IMG/VR virus record: IMGVR_UViG_3300032327_000484
Coordinates: 1 to 25,320 of that record
Origin: a virus
Lineage: Duplodnaviria > Caudoviricetes
Length of the DNA stretch: 25,320 nucleotides
Strand: one strand, 5' to 3'
Part shown: positions 18,501 to 25,320 of the stretch, piece by piece
Layout of the letters: each line of letters starts with the position of its first letter
Numbering within the stretch: position 1 is the stretch's first letter
Notes under the pieces: model-generated
Seen by the model: the letters and a program-made list of their open reading frames with translations, nothing else
Database searches by the model: none
What the model was told of the DNA's origin: nothing
Made by a program: the position numbers and the translations under genes

Positions 18501-19901
18501 TTAGGGCAAGACTAGTTTAATATTTTGAGGCTCTAGAGGCATTTTTGCTAAAAACTTATTTCCATCATCAGCATATCTAGTTTCTATATAATTCTGCAAT
18601 TCATTCAAATCCGGTGCATTTGAATAACTTGCTGCTGATACTGGTAAATAAAGATCATCTGCTTTATATGTGTATGAATATCCATCCAAATATTTTGATA
18701 ATATTGCTGGATCAATATAATCTACTGCCGTTGTATCCGGTGATGTATTTGCTGTAACTTGTATATCTGTTATTGCGGTTTGTGCTGTTTCATCTAAAGC
18801 GAGTAAAGCCTGTAAAATTGTATCCAAGTCTGCTGTATCCGTGTAGTCTACAGTAAGATTATTAAGTTGAGCAAGCTGTTCAGGACTAAGTTGATTTTCC
18901 GGTGCATATTCTGGACTAGACGATACATTAAAATTCGCTAATCCTGATCTTAAAGATACAAGATTTGTTCCTAATGACTGTATAGATTGATTTAAATTTT
19001 TAATTATAGTATTTACTTGTGCAACTAAACTTCTGATATTGTTTTGAAATGTATTTAAGCAATCAAGTAGCATTTTTTTAAAGAATGCTGGAAGTTGTTT
19101 AATAAAAGCCACAACTTGTTGCAATTCTTTAACGAGATTGACATACAATGAAACAATTGCAACGTATCCTGCTATTTTTTTTATAATTTTATTTATTTTT
19201 CTAATAATAGATCTAGCTAGATCAAATGCTGATGAAATTAAACCAGATGGATCTAAACTCAATGTGTAATTTAATCCTGTTAATACTAATCTTATTCCAT
19301 CTGCAAATTGTCCAAGGAGTTTTTTGATAATCTGTGCGGCAGCATTTTTACCTTGTTGAATAGCTCTTCTTATAACTGCGACTGGGTTATCAATAAGACC
19401 AATGCTTAGGTCTCCAAATTTAATATTAAATTTAAAATCACAATTATGTTGTGAATTATTTTTTTCTAGCGTTGCACCCTCTATTATACCTCTAGCTAAT
19501 CTAGGTATATTCGGTTCTCCACGTTTAGTTATAACAATTCCTTCTGGTGGAACAACTTTATATGGAAGTGTGCTTTGATTTGAGAATCCTTTAGTGACAT
19601 CTTCAAGAAGAGGTTTTATTCCTCTTATGACAGTTTCAACTATAGGTGCTTGTCTAGCTTCACCATCCATAAATCGTCCAAGTACCCAATCTCCAGCTTT
19701 AATATTACCGGTCGGAGTAGATAAACCATTTGGAGATAAACCTATTTGAGCCCAAGGTAAATTCTCGGTGGGCATTTCTTGTAAATTATCGCTATGAAAT
19801 CCAAAAAAGCGAACTTTAACTCTACCCGAACTTAATGGATCATTTATATCTTCAACTACTCCGGCAAATCCATTGAATCCTGAATAACCCAAAAAATTCA
19901 T
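18501..19901 (-). CDS. gp5 N-terminal OB-fold protein fused to a long helical region; no lysozyme domain recognised
   Basis: GVVEDINDPLSSGRVKVRFFGFH...LPWA...GDWVLGRFMDGEARQAPIV matches the gp5/VgrG OB-fold. AGGAG RBS upstream. Confidence 0.85.
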   Translation of the reverse strand: MNFLGYSGFNGFAGVVEDINDPLSSGRVKVRFFGFHSDNLQEMPTENLPWAQIGLSPNGLSTPTGNIKAGDWVLGRFMDGEARQAPIVETVIRGIKPLLEDVTKGFSNQSTLPYKVVPPEGIVITKRGEPNIPRLARGIIEGATLEKNNSQHNCDFKFNIKFGDLSIGLIDNPVAVIRRAIQQGKNAAAQIIKKLLGQFADGIRLVLTGLNYTLSLDPSGLISSAFDLARSIIRKINKIIKKIAGYVAIVSLYVNLVKELQQVVAFIKQLPAFFKKMLLDCLNTFQNNIRSLVAQVNTIIKNLNQSIQSLGTNLVSLRSGLANFNVSSSPEYAPENQLSPEQLAQLNNLTVDYTDTADLDTILQALLALDETAQTAITDIQVTANTSPDTTAVDYIDPAILSKYLDGYSYTYKADDLYLPVSAASYSNAPDLNELQNYIETRYADDGNKFLAKMPLEPQNIKLVLP

Positions 19902-19943
19902 TACTGTTCTCCTTTTTAGTAATACTATTTATTAATGAATAAA

Positions 19944-21224
19944 TTAAATATAACTATCTTTTGTTATTTCTAAAATAGTTTGAAATACTGTAGGTACTTG
20001 AACAATATGCCTCAAAGCAGTAACAACGTATTTGCCTGAAAAAAAGTTACTTCTTGAAGGATCTCCAGGATTCAATTTTGGTATATCCAATTCAATTATT
20101 CTACCTACAGCTACTCCAGAATCTCCCGGTATCACAATTTTAAGTTTTGTGTGATTTAGTGCGGCCAATGCAGAAGTTCTAATTGGTAAAGTATCCTCCA
20201 AAAATACATCTTTTGCAACCGAACCTGGATTTTCATCTATAAGTTGATTATTTGAATTATTTCTTGAATTTGATGATGAAAATTTTACTACAGATGGAAA
20301 TGCATTATTTTGAGTTATACCAAGTCTATTTTGTTTTGAGGATAGCGCAGATTTATTATTTAATACACTATCTGAATCTTTTTGATAGTTGAAATCTGTA
20401 ACTTTATACATTTGTGTTAATGGATCAATAGTTATCAATCTATTTGCATACATACCAGAACTAATATTTTCCAAAATATCATAAAATTTAATTACCTCAT
20501 AATCTAAAACAGTACTCAATCTATCTTCTGCGGTAGCTTCTTTTATATTTCTAGCTTGATATTTGTATTTTTTATACACATTTGATTTATATAATGATTG
20601 AACAGATCTAAAATTAAATCCATCTTTATTCTCAAAGAATAACATATCTGCACTTTTTTGAAAAGCACTCGGTCTTGCATAATTTGATAGAAAACTAATA
20701 GCTTCAAATGGTTTTAATAAACCTATATTAAAATCATATACTCCATACGTATCTTCAATTATTAATTTTGTTTCTTCAATTCCCATTTTATCCGTCATTA
20801 TTTCACCTATAATATCGGATATTTTTTGACCAGGATAAGATTTTTGTATTTTTGATTGTTCAGATAAAACTAATTCTTCTGAACAAAAATGAAGTTTATA
20901 AATTATACTTGTTAAATTTCCAATAGGCTTCACATTGGAAATCTTATATAATCTAAAAGTTCTTTTTAAATTTGTGTATGTATCAGCAAATTTACCGAAA
21001 TCAATTTCAAGTGTTTCGTTTCCTGTTATTGAATTAAGCTCAATATATCCTGCTGAATCTCTTAAAACAATATAGCCTGAAACTGAAAATGCAAATATAT
21101 CCTCAAAATAAGAGAATTCTACAAGTAAATTTGTTAAATCTAAAGTTCTTCCAGACTTATTAGTTAAAACTAATTTTTTTAATTTATAGTCTTGAGGATA
21201 AAAAATGCCACTATTATCAGCCAT
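19944..21224 (-). CDS. Baseplate hub protein (gp27/gpD-like fold, inferred)
   Basis: Motifs FSYFEDIF..SVSGYIVLRDS, LFFENKDGFNFRS, IPGDSGVAVGRII and SGKYVVTALRH. Position between gp53 and gp5. Confidence 0.72.
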   Translation of the reverse strand: MADNSGIFYPQDYKLKKLVLTNKSGRTLDLTNLLVEFSYFEDIFAFSVSGYIVLRDSAGYIELNSITGNETLEIDFGKFADTYTNLKRTFRLYKISNVKPIGNLTSIIYKLHFCSEELVLSEQSKIQKSYPGQKISDIIGEIMTDKMGIEETKLIIEDTYGVYDFNIGLLKPFEAISFLSNYARPSAFQKSADMLFFENKDGFNFRSVQSLYKSNVYKKYKYQARNIKEATAEDRLSTVLDYEVIKFYDILENISSGMYANRLITIDPLTQMYKVTDFNYQKDSDSVLNNKSALSSKQNRLGITQNNAFPSVVKFSSSNSRNNSNNQLIDENPGSVAKDVFLEDTLPIRTSALAALNHTKLKIVIPGDSGVAVGRIIELDIPKLNPGDPSRSNFFSGKYVVTALRHIVQVPTVFQTILEITKDSYI

Positions 21225-21227
21225 ATT

Positions 21228-21827
21228 TTAAAACTTATTGTAAAGTTTTTCAAATTGATTTATAAAATTATTTAAATATTTTGAATTTAGTAATTTTATA
21301 CTTCTTTTAGACTCATTTAATTCTTGCTCATAGAGATAATAAGTTACAATTCTTTTACTTGTAGTAATTTCTGTGGTTATTCCATTGAATGTGAAAATTT
21401 GTGTTGATTCGATTAATGAATCATATGTTTCTTTATCTATTATAACGCGCTCTTCAGCTATTTCTTCTGTCTCAACTGTATTTTTTGTTAATATTTTTTC
21501 ATAATAATAAATATCATTGACGTCCACATTTACATATTTTTTTGCAATGTAATCGTCAAATATATTAGAAGATAATGGCCAAGACCATTGTGGATGTTGA
21601 ATTTCATTTACTAATAGAATAATCCAATAGTAATATGAATCTCCATAATATTTGTCAGCTATTATTTCTGGTGTATCTGAATCTTTAATATCATATTTAT
21701 AATATATTAAAGGATTATTTAGTATAGTTGGAATAACTTTTACTCGCGTTAATATATTTGTTAATAGTGTAACATGGCCATTTTTATCTTTATATGCAAC
21801 TTTTGGTAAAGTTTTAAAGTATCTCAT
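21228..21827 (-). CDS. gp53: Baseplate wedge subunit gp53
   Basis: MRYFKTLPKVAY, LysM-like YDIKDSDTPEIIADKYYGDSYYYWIILLVN, WPLS, and YEQELNESKRSIKLL. Confidence 0.92.
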   Translation of the reverse strand: MRYFKTLPKVAYKDKNGHVTLLTNILTRVKVIPTILNNPLIYYKYDIKDSDTPEIIADKYYGDSYYYWIILLVNEIQHPQWSWPLSSNIFDDYIAKKYVNVDVNDIYYYEKILTKNTVETEEIAEERVIIDKETYDSLIESTQIFTFNGITTEITTSKRIVTYYLYEQELNESKRSIKLLNSKYLNNFINQFEKLYNKF

Positions 21828-22742
21828 TTAATATCCCTCATCTATTTTTGCTCTATGCATGAGTTCAACTTCCTGGAATTCTAATCCTAATGTTACTTGA
21901 ACAGGCGCTCCATTTTCATATGCAGACCATCCATTTGGTGCATAATTTACTTGTACACCTGTTAATACTGATTTTCCCAATTTATGTAAATAAGGATTTA
22001 TTGATCCTTCATTTAAAAATGTTATTTGAAAGAGTGACGGTGGTCGATATAAAAATCCTGCTGTATTTTCTACTAGTGATGGTGCTGATGCTTTTTTAAA
22101 TGCTTGTACTATAGATTTTATCATCGCACTTTCGGAAGACGATTTTGGAGTAAATACAAATGCCATACCAAATGTTCTAAAATCTATACCTTGAAACAAA
22201 AGTTGTTGTTGAGGATTAATTGCAAATCCAGCTGCATCTAATCCAATTTGAGTGGCGGGCCCTCCACCTGTAACTAATTGACCTAAAGCACCAGTTACTT
22301 TACCTATACCAGGTATTTTTGATAGAACAGATTCACCTACAGATTTAATCAAATCACCCAATGATACTGGATTATAAGCAGCAGAAGAAGAAAAATCTAA
22401 GCTATCTGGCATATACAAAGTGATACTTGCGTTTGTCTCAGTGTATCCAGCTTTCGCGGTATATCCATTTTGTACAAAATTATCAAATTTATTTCCCAGA
22501 CTTGTAAATGCATCAGTTGCGAACGATGCTGCATAGTCTAAAAGAGATTGACCGTCACCACCATCACCACCACCGGAGTTCGGATCATATGGCGATTCTT
22601 CAAATTTTGTTGTTTCTGCATCAAATATTGTAAAATGAACAATGTGTCCATGTTTGGAATTTGTTCCAATATCTAAAGGATATCTATATTGTTCATCTCC
22701 AAATCTATTTTTATCCAATATGTCCAATGGTCCTGCTGGCAT
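21828..22742 (-). CDS. gp48: Baseplate tail-tube cap, gp48-like
   Basis: Motifs YRYPLDI, ITLYMP, INPQQQLLFQGIDFRTFGMAFVFTPKSSSES, VLTGVQVNYAP and PVQVTLGLEFQEVE. Confidence 0.85.
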   Translation of the reverse strand: MPAGPLDILDKNRFGDEQYRYPLDIGTNSKHGHIVHFTIFDAETTKFEESPYDPNSGGGDGGDGQSLLDYAASFATDAFTSLGNKFDNFVQNGYTAKAGYTETNASITLYMPDSLDFSSSAAYNPVSLGDLIKSVGESVLSKIPGIGKVTGALGQLVTGGGPATQIGLDAAGFAINPQQQLLFQGIDFRTFGMAFVFTPKSSSESAMIKSIVQAFKKASAPSLVENTAGFLYRPPSLFQITFLNEGSINPYLHKLGKSVLTGVQVNYAPNGWSAYENGAPVQVTLGLEFQEVELMHRAKIDEGY

Positions 22743-22769
22743 ATATTACCTTTGTGTATGTTTATTAAA

Positions 22770-22777
22770 TATTTATA
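22770..22777 (-). promoter_or_regulatory. T4-type late promoter TATAAATA for the leftward baseplate operon
   Basis: tatttata on the + strand is a perfect TATAAATA on the - strand, intergenic, 27 nt upstream of the gp48 ATG. Confidence 0.8.
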
Positions 22778-22778
22778 T

Positions 22779-22786
22779 CATAAATA
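22779..22786 (+). promoter_or_regulatory. Late-promoter-like box CATAAATA for the rightward operon
   Basis: One mismatch to consensus, followed by a GGAGG RBS (22793-22797) and the ATG at 22804. Confidence 0.65.
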
Positions 22787-22803
22787 TGATGCGGAGGAAG
22801 ATT

Positions 22804-23241
22804 ATGAAATACTTGCAAGGTAAATATAAACTACGAAATGTTGAAAAGTATATTGGTGATTCAACCAATGTGATCTATAGATCATCTTGGGAATTAAAAT
22901 TTCTTAACTGGTGCGATAATAATCCTAATGTAATATCATTTTCTTCAGAAGAAATTATTATACCATATAAATCACCTGTTGATGGTAAGTATCATAGATA
23001 CTTTGTTGATTTTATGGTAAAAATTCGAACAAAAGATGATGTCACCAAAACATATTTAGTTGAGATTAAACCAAAAAAGCAAACTATGCCTCCAGAACAG
23101 AAAAAAAGAATAACTAAACAGTATATAACAGAAGTTGCAACTTGGGGTGTCAACCAATCTAAATGGAAAGCAGCATCAGAATATTGTTTGGATCGAGGAT
23201 GGGAATTTAAAATATTAACAGAAAAAGATTTAAATGTGTAA
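22804..23241 (+). CDS. gp4: Head completion nuclease gp4 (TnsA-like endonuclease fold), 145 aa
   Basis: KYIGDSTNVIYRSSWE, SSEEIIIPYKSPVDGKYHRYFVDF, LVEIKP, NQSKWKAA, GWEFKILTE. Start moved to 22804 on the basis of the GGAGG RBS. Confidence 0.93.
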   Translation: MKYLQGKYKLRNVEKYIGDSTNVIYRSSWELKFLNWCDNNPNVISFSSEEIIIPYKSPVDGKYHRYFVDFMVKIRTKDDVTKTYLVEIKPKKQTMPPEQKKRITKQYITEVATWGVNQSKWKAASEYCLDRGWEFKILTEKDLNV

Positions 23242-23248
23242 CTAAATA
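23241..23248 (+). promoter_or_regulatory. Late-promoter-like box ACTAAATA upstream of gp2
   Basis: TAAATA core in the short intergenic gap, 5 nt before the ATG. Confidence 0.45.
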
Positions 23249-23253
23249 TCCAT

Positions 23254-23850
23254 ATGAACTCAAGACTAACTAAACTAGCCCAAGAAAAAACAGGTGCTCA
23301 ACTTCAAACAATGACAAAAGAGTCATTGCAATGGTTGATGGCTAAGATTGCCAATTTAAAACGAACATCAAATATTGCATCTGATTTAAGTAAAGAAAAA
23401 TCCAGACAAGTAAATAAATTCATATTAGGTGGTCTTTACTTCTTTTATTATGATGCCAAAACCAAAAAAGAATTACCTTACTGGGATAGATTTCCACTAG
23501 TTCTTATATTGGAAAGATACCCTGATGGATTTCTCGGTTTAAATTTACATTATTTACCAATAAAGCATAGAATTATTTTTATGGAAAAACTGATGGATCG
23601 CGCAGTTCTAAATGAAGATGGTGATATTAAAAGAATTAGAATAACATACGATATATTAAATTCAGTAAGAAGATATAAAGAATTTCAGCCATGTTTAAAG
23701 AGATATTTAAATTCGCACATAAAATCAAGAATACTTGTTGTTCAGCCAGATGAATGGGATATTGCTTTATTTTTACCTATACAACAATTTATGAAAGCTA
23801 GACCAGAAAAAGTTTGGAAAGAATCTGTAGATCAAATAAGGAAATCATAA
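23254..23850 (+). CDS. gp2: DNA end protector protein gp2
   Basis: GGLYFFYYDAKTKKELPYWDRFPLV, GFLGLNLHYLP, PCLKRYL, WDIALFLP..QF, VWKES. Confidence 0.95.
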   Translation: MNSRLTKLAQEKTGAQLQTMTKESLQWLMAKIANLKRTSNIASDLSKEKSRQVNKFILGGLYFFYYDAKTKKELPYWDRFPLVLILERYPDGFLGLNLHYLPIKHRIIFMEKLMDRAVLNEDGDIKRIRITYDILNSVRRYKEFQPCLKRYLNSHIKSRILVVQPDEWDIALFLPIQQFMKARPEKVWKESVDQIRKS

Positions 23851-24375
23851 ATGCCTGCAAATATAAAAACTTTCTTATCTTCTTTTAAGGGTGAATTGGC
23901 AAAAAATTCTTTGTTTGAAGTTTATATCTACGGTGGTCCATTTGCAATTTTTGGTTCTAAATATCCAACTGAAATAAAATATAGATGTGAGAATGCAAAT
24001 TTACCAGGAAAAACAATGGCAACTATGGAACAGAAAATCTATGGTCCGATTGAAAAATTTCCGTATCTAACAACATATTCTGATATAGATTTAACATTTA
24101 TTGTTGACAGCGATATGCAGCAAAAATATCTTTTTGAAGATTGGTTGTACCATATAAATCCTACAGATAAGTACAACTTCAAATATAAAAAACAATATTC
24201 CGCTGAAATCTTAATAAAACAATTTCAATCTGATGGTAAAAGAAGTTATGCTGTTAATTTGAGTGAGGCGTTTCCTATTTCTATGAATCAAATGGATCTA
24301 GATTGGTCATCAGAAGGATATCATAAGTTAACAGTTACTTTTGCTTATACTGATTGGAAAAGAGTTGGTGACTAG
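23851..24375 (+). CDS. Tail tube-fold protein (gp19/gp54 family; likely tube initiator)
   Basis: CENANLPGK, YSDIDLTF, FEDW, EAFPISMNQMDLDWS and LTVTFAY motifs. Located before gp26. Confidence 0.8.
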   Translation: MPANIKTFLSSFKGELAKNSLFEVYIYGGPFAIFGSKYPTEIKYRCENANLPGKTMATMEQKIYGPIEKFPYLTTYSDIDLTFIVDSDMQQKYLFEDWLYHINPTDKYNFKYKKQYSAEILIKQFQSDGKRSYAVNLSEAFPISMNQMDLDWSSEGYHKLTVTFAYTDWKRVGD

Positions 24376-24402
24376 TTTAAAAATAATTAAAGGAGTTTTA
24401 TA

Positions 24403-25125
24403 ATGCCATTACCTAAAATTGATGTGCCAACATATGAGATAGAATTACCACTATCGAAAAAGAAAATTAAGTTTAGACCATTTTTGGTTAAAGAACAAAG
24501 AAATCTTTTGATGGCTATGGAATCAAATGATACTGATACAGTACACAATAGCATAAAAGATATTTTAAATAACTGTACTTTGACTGAAGGTATTGTTATT
24601 GATAAATTACCTATTGTTGATATTGAATATTACTTTATAAATCTTAGAGCAAAGTCTGTTTCTGAAGTAGTTGAAACAAAATATAAATGCAATAATGAAG
24701 TTGAAGATAAACTCTGCGGCAATATTATGGATGTTGAAATTAATCTTTTAGATATAAATGTTGAAGGTATTAAAGAAAATGAAGATGTTCAATTAACAGA
24801 AAAAATATTTGTTAAATTAAGATATCCTCAATTTTATGTTGTAAAAGATTCTGTTGAGATGGAAAGCATTACACAAATAACTTTTAATATGATTGCAGAA
24901 GGTATTGAATATATTTTTGATGGTGATCAATATCATTATGCAAGTGAAGCACAACCGGGTGAATTGTTAGAATTTGTCGAATCTCTTAATCAAAATCAAT
25001 TTGAAAAATTAGAACAATTCTTTAATGATTTGCCTAAACTGAAAAAAGATATTGAGATTAAATGTAGTAAATGTGGATTTGAGCATAGTATTGAAGTGGA
25101 GGGACTAGAAAGTTTTTTCGCCTAA
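24403..25125 (+). CDS. gp26: Baseplate hub assembly protein gp26
   Basis: MPLPKIDVPTYEIELPLSKKKIKFRPFLVKE, DIEYYFINLRAKSVSE, LRYP, FFNDLPKL, CSKCG, EGLESFF. AGGAG RBS at 24391-24395. Confidence 0.93.
   Translation: MPLPKIDVPTYEIELPLSKKKIKFRPFLVKEQRNLLMAMESNDTDTVHNSIKDILNNCTLTEGIVIDKLPIVDIEYYFINLRAKSVSEVVETKYKCNNEVEDKLCGNIMDVEINLLDINVEGIKENEDVQLTEKIFVKLRYPQFYVVKDSVEMESITQITFNMIAEGIEYIFDGDQYHYASEAQPGELLEFVESLNQNQFEKLEQFFNDLPKLKKDIEIKCSKCGFEHSIEVEGLESFFA
25098..25119 (+). promoter_or_regulatory. Putative -1 frameshift cassette: internal SD GGAGG (25098-25102) plus slippery heptamer T TTT TTC (25113-25119)
   Basis: The X_XXY_YYZ heptamer is correctly phased in the gp26 frame, one sense codon (GCC) before the stop. 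The -1 frame continues into the gp51-like ORF. Confidence 0.7.
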
Positions 25126-25307
25126 CATTTCGTTATGACAATTTGAAAAATTACTACAAAACAAATTTTGCAATGATGCAGCATCATAAGTATAGTCTGA
25201 CAGAATTGGAAAATATGATGCCATGGGAACGAGACATTTATATTTCATTATTGATTCAGTATGTTGAAGAAGAAAATCAAAAAATACGAGAACAACTTAA
25301 AAAATAA
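25119..25307 (+). CDS. gp51: gp51-like baseplate hub assembly catalyst segment in the -1 frame relative to gp26 (start uncertain; probably reached by frameshift)
   Basis: Not in the ORF track. Translation: RLTFRYDNLKNYYKTNFAMMQHHKYSLTELENMMPWERDIYISLLIQYVEEENQKIREQLKK*. The frame is open 25095-25307. The first ATG (25173) falls inside the family-typical motif. Confidence 0.85.
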   Translation, partial: RLTFRYDNLKNYYKTNFAMMQHHKYSLTELENMMPWERDIYISLLIQYVEEENQKIREQLKK

Positions 25308-25320
25308 TGAAAGAAGAAAA
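25307..25320 (+). CDS. Possible start of the next gene (MKEE...), truncated by the window edge
   Basis: TAATG stop/start overlap with the gp51-like ORF. Only 4 full codons are visible. Confidence 0.4.

Noticed and set aside
19902-19943. AT-rich intergenic gap as a terminator or small RNA
   Set aside because: There is no GC-rich stem with a U-tract. Only an RBS is recognisable.
22642-22803. N-terminal extension of the 199-aa gp4 ORF in the track
   Set aside because: It overlaps gp48 on the opposite strand and the promoter region. The GGAGG RBS and the start of gp4 similarity point to 22804.
22804-23241. TnsA-like nuclease as evidence of a Tn7-like element or homing endonuclease
   Set aside because: Sequence and its position next to gp2 match the core T4 gp4 head completion protein. 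No transposon genes or ends are present.

Overview
AT-rich, gene-dense fragment of a T4-like myovirus (T4-superfamily, with the gene set typical of aquatic T4-like phages). It covers the baseplate/tail morphogenesis module and has two divergent arms. The minus-strand arm (22742->1) reads gp48, gp53, hub protein, a split gp5 (OB-fold gene plus beta-helix spike gene), an unknown 268-aa protein, gp25, gp6, gp7-like, a fibre-like protein, gp8, a giant VrlC/DUF4815-like protein, a small coiled-coil protein and a truncated fibre-like gene. The plus-strand arm (22804->end) reads gp4, gp2, a gp19/gp54-family tube protein, gp26, a gp51-like ORF and the first codons of a next gene. Back-to-back T4 late-promoter boxes sit between the arms. 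The most notable signal is a probable -1 programmed ribosomal frameshift joining gp26 to the gp51-like ORF. It has a T_TTT_TTC heptamer, a GGAGG 10 nt upstream and no good independent start, which resembles the lambda G/GT and P2 E/E+E' tail-chaperone arrangement. Also notable is a split, lysozyme-less gp5 whose spike ends in an HxH motif, with no PAAR gene nearby. All product calls come from motif recognition and synteny; no database search was run.
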